From Camelus dromedarius (lineage: Eukaryota): a stretch of DNA of 64,000 bases. Within the stretch, counting starts at the first letter, position 1. Each line of letters begins with the position of its first letter. Position numbers and translations under genes: made by a program. The notes under the pieces were generated by a model. It did not search any database, was not told the origin of the DNA, and saw only the letters and a list, made by a program, of their open reading frames with translations. The stretch is from assembly GCF_036321535.1 (NCBI RefSeq), contig NC_087436.1:113524001-113588000 (forward strand), written 5' to 3'. This document shows positions 33,861 to 44,829 of the stretch, one piece after another.

Positions 33861-36133
33861 TGGAGAGTTTGACCTAACACTATGCTGGTGTATTCCAGTC
33901 AGAAGAAACACTTACACATTTGTACTCAAATGTCTTCCTGGGAGCAGATGGAAAGTTGGATCCGTCTGTCAAGATGTGATGGATCAAACTGCCACAGTTA
34001 CCAAAAACTGGCAGAACATGAAGAAAAATGGTTATCAGTGAGCCTTGAATTATTCTTGTAACGCCCTGCATCCTCACTTTACTTTGGTAGGCAAAGACTT
34101 TTTTTCTTGTTTTAAATGTTTGGATGATGGAATCACCAAGAATTATAGTTGTCCCAACCCTTAGTATATTTACCTTTCAAAACGATGAGACTTCAAGTAG
34201 AAATAAAAGCTCTGAATGTATTTGAAACTCGCTGATGCCTTCTTTTCTACGTAGGACAAATCCATTGCCTTCCCTATTTATTTTTATTGCATTATAAATC
34301 AGTTGGGAACAATAAAAACCCAGAAGCCTAAGCATCAGGAAGAAAAGGAGACTTGGTCACAACTTGTTGGTAACTCTCCAAAATACATATGTATTCTGAG
34401 CCCCAAAGCGCTGTATCAGCATCTTTTTCTCTGTAATAATGAAGAGCAGTGCCTTCTCCACCAGGCGGCTGATGGTTGGTGATCTGGCAGGCCTGCCCCT
34501 TCTCAGGCCACTGTCATCACTTTAATCTTCCCAGTTCTTGTTTTTGTCGGTGTTTGTTCCTCTTCCCTCCCTGGGCTGTTGTTAGAAGTGTGAGTGATCA
34601 GGACATATCAGTCTGCATTTGCCATCTGTATTTCTGTCCTCAACTTCTTTTCATCCGCCCACCCCTTCAATGTTGGCTTCTCTCTGAAGCCGCCACTAGA
34701 ACCGTGCCCTGTACTCATCCCTCCCTTGCCTGGCTTACTCATTAAAGTATAAGCTCTTTGAGGGCAGGGACCACACCTTCCTCTTCTTGATGTTCTGAAC
34801 AGGCAGCATGGAGCCTAGAATATAGGCTTAGATACATTTTCTTAAATGAATAAGTTAAGTGAAACCAAATGAATTAGTCATATGAAGTACTTACTCCCTT
34901 TCAAGCACTGTTTAAAGTACTTTGCCTGCGTGTGATCCTCATTAAAAATAACCTGGTCACCCCATATTTTATCTACTTACAAGTACAGGAGACAGAAGTG
35001 CAGCAGTGATTGCAGACCTTCTGTCTAGGCTGTTGAAAGCTATGTTCCTCCTAAGACTTTCCTCCTAGACACCCTAGGGTGATAATGGTGAAGTCTTCCC
35101 ATGAACGCCCCCACCCTAACCCAGGAGAGAGAGGGCAACATTTTGAGAGCGGACATGAGTCTATGCAGAGATCTCCCCTGTGCTCACCTTGCCCAACTGC
35201 TCCTCATTTCTCAGCCTAGTTAGTGTGGAAGGGTGCCTGGCATCCATCCAGACCCTTGGCCATCCAGCCAGGCTGGTCCGCCCGCATGCACGTGATCAGG
35301 CCTGTACATACGGGCTGCTGGCGTTCCGGTCCTCTTTGCTCATTTGTCTTGAACCCTGTTACTTCTTCTCCACCCCGATCTCTCTCTCTCCTTTCTTCCA
35401 ATGTCTGCTTGGCTGCCCTCTGGTCCTCTTGGCTTTGTTTTCAGCTACAGCTGCTCCAGCTCTCTTGATTTTTGCAATAGCCCTTGGCTTCTCTGGCTGA
35501 GCCTGACTGCATGCAGTCAGCACTCACCCGAATTCCTCTGTCCCTGGCAGCTTCTGGCAAAAAATCCTGCTTGACCAAACTCCAACCCCCAAGGCTGACG
35601 TGGCCCCAACAGCAAGGATGGAATTCCCCCCAGTACTTTTCACGTCGCTAAACAGATACACTGTGCGATGGGTTATGCATCTCCAGGTCCAGAGTGGGAC
35701 AGGGTGGCTTAGACAGCTTTCAGGACCAGACTTGGGCTCATCTCTCCCAGCCTCAGCTATCAGCCTATTTCTTGGTTCCCCCCAAACTCCCACTTGCCCT
35801 TGTCTGAGGGACGTCACACATCCGATTCCCACTGCCCGGGAGACTTCTCACCCCCACCCTCCACCATTCTGCCTCCGGCTTAGCCTTTGGGCATCAGTTT
35901 GGATATTGCTTCCCTTGGAAGCCTTCACTGCTTACAACCCCCCACCCCTGGGCTGAATCACGTAGGTGCCTTTTCTCCTTTCTCCTTTGTCACCCAGTGC
36001 ATCTCCATCACCAGCACAATAGCCGGTGCTCACCGAGGACTCCGTCTGTGCAGACACGCGGTGTAAAGACCTGCACAAGAATGAACTCAACTGAACCTCC
36101 CTGACAAGCCTGAGAGGGATACTTTTTTTTAAA

Positions 36134-36365
36134 AAGGAATTTGGGACTAACAGACGCATATTACTGTCAGTAAAATAGATAAACAAGAGCCTACTGTATA
36201 GCACAGGGAGTTATATTCAATTTCTTATACTGAGTTGTAATGAAAAACAATCTGAAAAAATATATACCTATTTATATGTAAACGTATAACGGAATTGCTT
36301 TGCTGTGCACCTGAAACTAACATTTTAAATCAACTACAATAAAAAAAAAACTTCAATAAAAAAAG
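36134..36365 (+). mobile_element. L1 3'UTR terminal fragment with poly(A)
   Basis: ggaatttgggactaacaga...aaaatagataaacaagagcctactgtatagcacaggg...gctttgctgtgcacctgaaactaac...aaatcaactac followed by A-tracts. Confidence 0.88.
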
Positions 36366-36377
36366 AACTGAAAAATT

Positions 36378-36580
36378 AATTTTTTATACTATTTTTAAAG
36401 GTTACTTTCCATTTACAGTTCTTACAAAATATTGGCCATATTCCCTGTGTTGTACAATACATCCTTGAGCCTGTCTTACACCCAGTAGTTTGTACCTCCC
36501 ACCCCCTCACCCCTATTTTGCCCCCTCCACCTTCCTGCTGGTAACCACTAGTTTGTTCTCAATATCTGTGAGTCTGCTTT
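36378..36580 (-). mobile_element. L1 3'UTR terminal fragment (same type as the 26.4-kb copy)
   Basis: tttttaaaggttactttccatttacagttcttacaaaatattggccatattccctgtgttgtacaatacatcctt...tatctgtgagtctgct, near-collinear with 26430-26610. Confidence 0.9.
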
Positions 36581-37064
36581 AAAATTCTATTTACTATTTT
36601 TATCTCTGTTTTACAGATAAGGGAAGTTAACAAGGGTGTATAAGGCCACACGGATAATTAGGTGCAGTCAGATGCGACACCCAGGCTGCCTGGCTCTGGG
36701 GCCCCTCGGTGCAGCTACTCTTCCCTGCCTCTTGTGTGTGGCATCTCTCACACCACACAGCACTGTCTAGTCACCCTTCTCCTCTGATGTATTCGCAGCT
36801 GCATCTGAGCATGAAGTGCAAATCCTGACGAAATTTAAACCCAATTCGTCCTTTTTGCGGAATGTACGCCTGGATTCTAGTTACTGATATCGATGTCTCA
36901 CAAAGTCAAATACTACATTACTGATTTTGGAGTTGGTGAGGTCAAGTGTGACTGAAAAACAAGGCCAGCCAGCCGACTGGTGTGCTGGCTTTGGGTCTCC
37001 TAATGATTTCTCTGTTAGTCGATCTTATTCAGTATGGACAATCTGAGCCAAAATGAAAGTGTTG

Positions 37065-37210
37065 TCTGTCTCAGTCCTCACATTTTACACAATTGGAGAT
37101 GGGGGGGCCAGAGCATTTAAGTGACTTGTCCAAGGTCACACATGGAGCCGGTGACAAACAGGATGCTGGGCTGGCTGACTTCCAGTCCTGTGTCCTTTCT
37201 CTGCACCTGG
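37065..37210 (-). mobile_element. MIR SINE
   Basis: cattttacac...ttaagtgacttgtccaaggtcacaca...ctgacttccagtcctgtg. Confidence 0.75.
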
Positions 37211-37511
37211 TCAAACAGAAACTACTGTCGCATGAGGGCACGCAGGTAGAACAAACATCAAGTCTGCAAATGGTTTGATTCTGACTCCAAACAGCACGAA
37301 GGGACCCAGGGCTCCAGTGCTCCCCAGGCTGGAGATCAGCCCAGAGTAAACACGAGGCACCTGATAGAGAGGCACACTTGGCCCAGAAAGGGCCCAGACT
37401 CTGCAAAGCTGTTAGAGTGTTTTGCTCACAGCTCCTTCTTTATTGCTGAGTGAACTTGCATGCGTTTCCTTCGCTTCTCTGGTCTCCAGTCCCCTCGGCA
37501 GCATGACACGG

Positions 37512-37883
37512 TCTTATGAACTGACTGTGTGTGTACCCCTCAAACCCATATGTTGAAGCCCTAACCTGGAATATGATGGTATTTGGAGTGGGCCTTTGGG
37601 AAGTAACCAGGTCTGTGAGGTCATGAGAGTAGAGCCCCTGTCATGGGATTAATGTCCTTACAAAAAAAGGAAAACAGAGATAAGTGCTCTCTCTCTCTCC
37701 CCACCATGTGGGGACACACTGAGAAGACAGCCATCTTTAAGCCAGGAGGCATCCTCTCACCAGGAACTGAATCTGGCATCTGGGTTTTGGACTTTCAGCC
37801 TCTAGAGCTATGAGAAATAAATGTCTGTTGGTTAAAACCCTCAGTCTGGAATTCTGTTACAGCAGCCCGAGCTGATTAAGACA
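37512..37883 (+). mobile_element. Solo MaLR LTR (MLT1A-like)
   Basis: catatgttgaagccctaacc...ggtatttggagtgggcctttgggaag...tgagaaataaatgtctgttg...agcagcccgagctgattaagaca. Confidence 0.9.
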
Positions 37884-38259
37884 CAAAGTTTTATGAGCTT
37901 AATCTTGAAGTCTCCTTCTGGGTCTGCAACCCTACATTCTTTCTCAAGGTCCCTTCTGTCTGCTGTTGGCTGCATTCCTTCCTGCCACTCCGCAGTCCCC
38001 CCAGACACTCCTCATCACTGCTACGTTTTCTCCAACTCCACGCCCTTAATCAAAATCATCTGCCAACTTAGAGGTTGAGCCCAAGCCTCAGCTTACAGGT
38101 GTGAAGGAAAATCAGTGCCTTTGGGTCAGATCCAGATACTTCTATTTACGTGAACTTGATCAGCTTCTCTACGCCTTCATCTGCAAAGTGGACTTAATAC
38201 TTCTAGGATAAGAGTTGTGATGATTGAGTGGAATTAGATATGTAAAATACCCATTAAGA

Positions 38260-38475
38260 CTGGGGTCAGCAACTTTTCTATGAAAGGGCAGATGGTAAAT
38301 AATTTACCATTGCAGGGAACTTGGCCTCTCAGCTTTGCCATTGTAGGGTGAAAATGGTCGTGGGGATGTGTAAACACATGAGTGCGGCTGTGTTTCAATA
38401 AAACTTTATTTATAAAAATAGGTAGCAGACTGGATTTGCACCCCCTGCCGGCAGCTGCCATGCTTTGCTGCCCTA
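38260..38475. mobile_element. MER58A hAT-Charlie MITE
   Basis: ctggggtcagcaacttttctatgaaagggcagatggtaaat...gctgtgtttcaataaaactttatttataaaaatagg...tttgctgccccta. Confidence 0.85.
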
Positions 38476-38719
38476 TGTAATACATGATTGTTCTCATTAC
38501 TTTTTTATTTAAATAAACTTTAGGCTGTTTTGCACTGTCTTTTTCTCTGGGACACTCCTTCCCTCCCTGCCTCACTTTTCTTTGCCGGATAATGGGTACC
38601 TTGACAGCAAGACTAGGTGTTAATATTGGGATCTCTTCACCCAGAGCTCTAAGCACAAGCACTAGAAGATGCGCTGTGTTTTTTGGAATGAAGTGAAAAT
38701 CCACCCCCCCACCCACCTC

Positions 38720-39460
38720 ATTCCGGGCTCAGGGTCCAGCGTCTGAGGACCCCCAAATGCAGTGATGTGGGCCCGGAGCCAAGGGAGAAGAAAGCCTTTC
38801 TCAGGACCTAGGGGGCCTGCAGACTGGGCGGGTTTTGCTTTATAAAGAGATGCTGTACTCTGAGTTTAGTGAAAGGCCCCAGCTGGCACACTGGGGAGGT
38901 GGCCAGCGGCGGAGCTGGTGTGTGAGTCCACCGCAGAGGTCTCCTGTCCTGCCAGCCTCGTGCGGGCTCTGCTGATAGGGGGCCCATTGTTCCTTGTACA
39001 TTGTGCGGAGCGCGGGGTGTTGGGGGCGATGGGCAGGGTTTGGAGCAGCCACTCATTTCCCAGCTCAGTGAAAACAGAAAGATAAAGGGCCAGGAGAGGA
39101 AGAAGAGAGCGCCCGCCATGCTCCGGTGCCAGCTGGGAAATTGAAGTGACCTGCCGGGGGCGAGCGCTCGCAGAGCAAGGATGGCATTTGCTGAGAGCCG
39201 CTCTGGGCTTGGAACTGCAACTGGGCTCTCAGATGTTGGTAATTGGAACGCGGCGAGATTCAGTAATCCATCTGGCGGTTATTCAGCTAATCTCAGTATC
39301 CTGGCCAGGGGCCAGGCAGAAAAAAAATCGCGTTCTTTCCCCTTAATCCCTAGCGCAGTTCCGACCGGACCCTGCAGGCCCGCAGGTCTTGCAGGATTTT
39401 TCAGGGCTACTCTGCTTGGCTCCACGACTCAGCGAAGCCCCTAGAAAGGCCACTAGCTGT
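38720..39460. promoter_or_regulatory. Orphan CpG-island-like regulatory element
   Basis: About 29 CpG counted by eye in 38880-39440, repeat-free; TAATCC twice, TAATCT, CCATCTGG, MAF half-site, GATA and SOX motifs. Confidence 0.55.
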
Positions 39461-39669
39461 CCCCAGGGCCTCAGACACAGAAAGACACCAGGAGGGGCCA
39501 GGGGTGAGTGAGGGGTGATGGAAGACCCTAGATTCCAGAGTAATTTGGGCTTAGGGTGAATCTTGGTTCTGTACGGACAAGATCAAGAACTTCGCCCTCC
39601 CTCACTTGAGAAATGGTCTCTGGGGACTGACTTTTTGGATTCACATTTCAACTGTATCACTTACAACCC

Positions 39670-39890
39670 AATGATGGGCACGTTACTTAATGTTCAGACC
39701 TCAGTTTCCTCCTGTGTAAAATGAGAGCAATATTGTGCCTCTTCAAAGTCTTTATGAGCATCAAATTCGCAAATGAGCGTTTGCGCATGCGCCTGCGTGC
39801 CCTCTGCCCTCATCCCCCCTCCCCCCGCCGCAGACGCACTAGAGGAGCGCCTTGCACCTAGTGCACGTATGTAGTGGGTTATGACTCTGT
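39670..39890 (+). mobile_element. MIR SINE with CpG-rich NRF1-motif segment
   Basis: gttacttaatgttcagacctcagtttcctcctgtgtaaaatgag is the MIR core; TGCGCATGCGC at 39782-39792. Confidence 0.7.
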
Positions 39891-41784
39891 TTACTATTTT
39901 CTCACTCATACTTGGGGATAATGACAACCACTTCTTAGGGTCCCTACAAGATGAGGTGAGATCACGAACATAAAGTCCAGGTCCCTGGTGCACAGTATGT
40001 CGTCAGTGAACTTGCTAACTTTGTGGGTCCCATTGCTGCAGATTTATTGCCTAGCGTGAGGCTAATTGTCAGGAGTCCTGGATTGTGGACCCAGCTCGGC
40101 CACCAACTAGCTGTGTGACCTCAGGCCAGTTACTGCTCCTCTCTGTCCTGGGATGTCTTTAAGATAAGGGAGTCAAACTGGATTCACTCTTTCTACTCTA
40201 ATATTTCAGGCTTCACAAAAGGTTGGGAAAACTTACCATGGATGACTGTCTTGGAGAGATTTGCCTTTTGTACTAGTTTGATGTAGATGGTAGAGGTCAC
40301 AGGCAAGATGTTCCAGCATGTGTACACTGTTGAAATGTGACAAGGCAAGGGCCATCTGTGCAACCCACTAAGCTTTCTTCCAGAGAAGAACGAGGCTCCC
40401 TCAACTCTTAACAGCCAGGGTCACACAGCTGCTAAGTGGAAATGGGCTTTGATCACGGTGGTTAGAGTTCCGAGTCTGCCTCTTAGCCACAGGACTTACC
40501 TGGGGAGCCATGTGAACAATCAGGACGCAGGCTGCAGGACATCTGGTGAAGTGGGGCAAACACTGGTCCAGAGGGCAGACAGGCTGAGTACATCAGGGGC
40601 CCCTCCCACACCTGGAGGAGGCTAAGGGCAGATTGGTACCTCATCTCTGGGTCATGGCTGCCCAGCCTGTTTGGATCTTGGGAGGGTCAAGTGAGAACAC
40701 TGCCTTCAACCAGGCCAGAGAGAAGGGGAGGAGGGATGTACTGTCAAAAGAACACCCCAATTGTTCCCAGCCTCCTTGCTGGCATTATATGAGCGGCAGT
40801 GACGTGCCTTGTTAGGGCACAGGATGGTACATGGGCGTGAAGAGGAAGATCATCGCCAAGAAAAGATGTTGAGGCACAGTAAATGCGAGAAGACATGGAA
40901 TCAAGAATCAGAGACCCTGCAGAACTTCCACATGGCTTGGCTCTGTGTCCTAAGAAAAACTGCGTTTTAACATGACATGAGCCTTTGGGTGCTTTGGTCA
41001 CTAGATGTCCTTGGACAGGTCCAAGGTTAACCTCCTCGAGGCTTTCTGGAGAAGGAAAGCAAGAGAGCATTCCTGTGATGTCCGAAGAATACCTGGAATG
41101 TGGCCCCACTGCTTCAATACCTGCTCTAGACCCTTCAGAAGCCCCTGCCGTGTCATCAGGACGGCTCCCTGAGCACTAAAACTTTATCACAATACGGTGT
41201 TTCCATTCTACAGATGAGGAAGCTGAGTGCATCTTAGGTTCTTACACTTGTTATATTTTGCCTGCTAGCCAAGTTGCATGTTTTAGGCTCCTTTAATTTT
41301 TATTTTTTAAGTAAATCTCTTCATACTTTGGACCTTCTCCAATTTTCATAGTTTTTGTTTTTTCCCCTCCTCCCATTTCCTTAATACTTAGAAAATACCC
41401 TTAAGTTTAAAAGCACTGTCTTAAAAATACAATTCAGCTGAAGCCCTTAGACAGTTCTTAAGCCTGGTAGGTGTGATGGAAAGATGAGCAGGGCCTGGCC
41501 CCAGTCTTCAGGGGGTAGAGTCTTGTCTCTCTGAATTCTGCTGTAAGGAAAACACGTTGGGGTGTTTCTTGGCAATGGACGTCACACAGGATGCTAGCAG
41601 CCTGCTGCCAGTCCAGTGTGCATCTCCTAGAATCTTGCTGTTCTCTCCTGTGTCTTGTGCAGTCACAACTCTACACCCCTTAGGGAACATTCAGGAGACC
41701 CTGAGCTCCTTGGCCACCTACTTCTCAGAGAGAAAAGCCAAGCCATAGTCTTGAGTCAGAAGACCTGCTTTGGGGATTAGGTAG

Positions 41785-41995
41785 AAAGCCATTTACTCTG
41801 AGTTAGGCTGTCCAGGGTTTGAATCCTGAGGTTGGCCATACTTCTTATTAACTTTGTATCGTTGTTATTAAGCTCTGTGTTTCTCTCATCTGTAAAATGG
41901 GGATAGTATCAACTGCTATCAGTGTTTTTGTGAGGATGAAGTGATGTGACAAGTAACACGTTTCTGGCATGTGGCGAGGACTCAGCAAATGCTTT
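41785..41995 (+). mobile_element. MIR SINE
   Basis: gtttgaatcctg...ctctcatctgtaaaatggggatagta...tgtgaggatgaagtga...tctggcatgtggcgaggactcagcaaatg. Confidence 0.8.
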
Positions 41996-42344
41996 TTCAC
42001 ATCCCAACCCAGTGGAATGGCATTTTTGCTGGGACCTGTCTTTCACACATAGGCTGAGGCTGTGTTCATGACCTTGAGAGTGAGCTGCCTTCTAAAGTCT
42101 GGGTTACACCGTGGCTTCTATGAGACTTGGACAGGTTAAGCCATTCGCTCTTAGACACACAACTAGTATGGGCATAGCCAGAAGTGCAGTGTACTGAAGT
42201 GTTTTGTATTTGACTAAGTGTGAAAGATATCTTCAGATGTACCCTAACCACTTTAGAAAATGCCTTGGTTATATTGCTCAGGATAAAAAAAAAAATTGCC
42301 AATCTCCAGTGATCCATCAGGCCCTCCCTCTATCTATGCGCTCA

Positions 42345-42600
42345 ACCATTCAGCTAGGCTTTATTGAGCACCTGCCATGTGCCAGACATGGTGCTACTGA
42401 ATAATAGACGTAAATCCTGCCCAGTGTGTGTGTGTGTGAACATGCATATGCCCTTCGTGTGTAGGCAGTACATAGTGACATAGATTGTGATGGACATGAA
42501 GCATTGCGGGGTGGACGGCAGAGAGAGGGGCAGCTGACACCATTTAGGGAGTCAAGGAAGCTGCCTGCGGAAGGGGATCTGATAGACACATTCCTGTTTA
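42345..42600 (-). mobile_element. L2 3' fragment
   Basis: tttattgagcacctgccatgtgccagacatggtgcta...ggagtcaaggaagctgcctgcggaagg. Confidence 0.7.
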
Positions 42601-43642
42601 CTGTGGTTCTGGGCCAATCAGAGCAGGTTCTGGTCAAGGAGCTGGACCTGGTCCCTGGAGGTATGGCTAAACCATGCTTTAATTCCTTCATTGCTGACCC
42701 AGGAGCCTCGGGGTATAAGCCAGGGAGGGAGAGGGTTGAGCAGGTCATTTGGGGTAGTGCCTATTTACCAGCTCTACAGAGGCGGTCTGTATTTTTCCAT
42801 CCAGCATTGCCATTCTGCCATTATCTTGTCATTTGTGAGGTGTAGGACAAATTCACCAGGTACACAAAAATCCTAAATCCCTCACCAGAGGTACTGATCT
42901 GAAAATAACTAGTTATATTTTCCCTCTCTTGCTTTATAAAAATACTGTTTTGTTTTCTTTTCCGCTGATTGTCCAACTAGTTCTTCATGGTTTTTTTTTA
43001 AACTGAACCCCGCAGACAGTTTTGAGCATCTCAGTCGCTGTGTTGTCCTGCATTCGTGGATGTGTCAGGGATCACCCGGAGCCCATCCAGCCCCAGTAGT
43101 GCTGGGCATTTTCTGTGGCCAGAAAACACCCTCAGGTGCCAGAGAGGCAGAGGACCCCTCAGTGTGTGCTGACCTGTCTGTAGGTGGCCTCGAGGGTGGA
43201 CCAAGGCAACATGGGTGAGGCACCAATGGTACCTGTTACAGAGAGCTCTCTGCTGGGTGGCGGGGTGGCACATGAACCTCTAGGAAGTGGAGTCGTGCTT
43301 CCTGTGGTCCAGAAGGCCCTGGCTAGTGATTAGAGGAAGGCCACAAGGCGCAGAGAGGACTCCCGAGGAGGTTGTGTGGGAGTTGCCGGATCACACAGGT
43401 ACAAACATTAGCTAATACTTATAGAACGCTTGCTGTGGAACAAGCGCTTCAGCTGTATTAACTCAGTGAGGGGAGTGCTATCTTATTCTCTTCTTATAGG
43501 TAGGTAACCTGAGGCCTAGAGAGCTTACAGTTCCCTCAAGGTTGCACGGCTAACTGGGGGGAAGCTGGTTTGTGAACCCCAATATTTTGTCTTGACGGCT
43601 CACTGGCAAAGATGAATCCAGTAATGCTGTCGAGACATTGGC

Positions 43643-44077
43643 TATCTGGCTTACGAGAGCTACCATAACCACAGACTGGTGGCTTAAAACAACAGAAATT
43701 TATTGTCTCCCAGTTCTGAAGTTTAGATATCTGGAATCAAGGTGTCAGCAGAGCCATGCTCCCTCCAAAGGCTCTTGGGAAGATTCCTTCCTTGCCTTGT
43801 CCTGGCTTCTGGGGGTGGCCATCAATTCTTGGTGTTTTTTGACTTCTAGACAGATTAATGTCTGCTTCCATCTTCACAAGGTGTTCTCCTTGTGCCTGTT
43901 TCTCTTCTCTTAAGGACACCAGTTACATTGGAGTAAGGGCCCACCTTAATTCCATATGACCTCATCTTAAATTGGTTATACCTGCAAAGACCTAATTTCC
44001 AAATAAGGTCACGTTCACATGTACCAGGGGTTAGGACTTGAGCGTGTATTTTTGAGGGACACAGCGCATCCATGATA
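43643..44077 (-). mobile_element. Solo MaLR LTR (MLT1B/C-like) inserted in an L2
   Basis: ggtggcttaaaacaacagaaatttattgtctcccagttctg...gacctcatcttaa...ctgcaaagacctaatttccaaataaggtcac; the right flank continues antisense L2 (ccaggcactatatcagaagtggggatacagagatgaa). Confidence 0.9.
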
Positions 44078-44443
44078 CTGGACCAGGCACTATATCAGAA
44101 GTGGGGATACAGAGATGAAGGAGGCATGGTTCTGCCCTGGAGTCAACATGGTCTAAGGGGTGAGTAGGATGATTCAGAAAAATGAGCAGATAAAGAGCAC
44201 TTAATGCAATCGGTCCTAGAGTCATCACATTTACAAAATGCATCTTCTTCCAGTAGTCTGTTTCCCTTAATTTTCATATTTAACTTTGTTTTATTTTCTT
44301 CCATCTTTTATTGATTCCTGAGGTTGGTTACACATTAGTATGTTGAAGTTATGATTCAAAATGATGACAATTGCCACTTCTAGGTAAGGACAACGCCTCA
44401 GGGCCTCAGTTTCCTCAAATGTGAAAGAGGCAGTTGGACACAT

Positions 44444-44626
44444 TATTGGTTCTTAATGCCAGTAATGCACCAGAACCACCTGGGGAGACTCAAAAACTCC
44501 TGACGGGTGGGCCTGCCCTCAGGGGTTCTGAGCCAGTCTTTCTGCATTTGAGGGGCCTGTGCATCAGTAGATTTTTAAAACCCCCCTGGATTATTCTAAT
44601 ATGCAGCCAGGCCAAACAAAGACTAT
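44444..44626. mobile_element. MER5B-like hAT MITE
   Basis: tggttcttaa...gcaccagaaccacctggggag...gcatcagtagatttttaaaa...ttctaatatgcagccagg. Confidence 0.7.
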
Positions 44627-44829
44627 GGGCCTTTGAGGCGAGGTCGTGGGGCCACCTGCCCTGCAGCTCTTGGGCTGTCATCAATATGCGCTTGTCCTCC
44701 CAGGTTAACGGGGCTTCTGCCAGAGCTCAGCTCAGGCCGGACTCCAGAGGGATTATCTTCCCGTCTGTTAGCCCAGTGCTGCTCCTTCCAGCCCTTTAAC
44801 ACCCAGACTTTAGATCCTGAGGGCCTCTG

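Noticed and set aside
36387..36602. Apparent 11-bp TSD tactattttta around the minus L1 fragment
   Set aside because: The left copy belongs to the L1 end (compare 26425-26435) and the right copy to the adjoining MIR, so the match is probably coincidental.
39836..39851. CTCF-like GCACTAGAGGAGCGCC
   Set aside because: Needs a 1-nt deletion in the core and has a first-position mismatch.
40494..40512. Similarity to the 5' end of U1 snRNA (acttacctgg...ggag...ccatg)
   Set aside because: Only about 10 contiguous bases match; better explained as a minus-strand donor consensus or chance.
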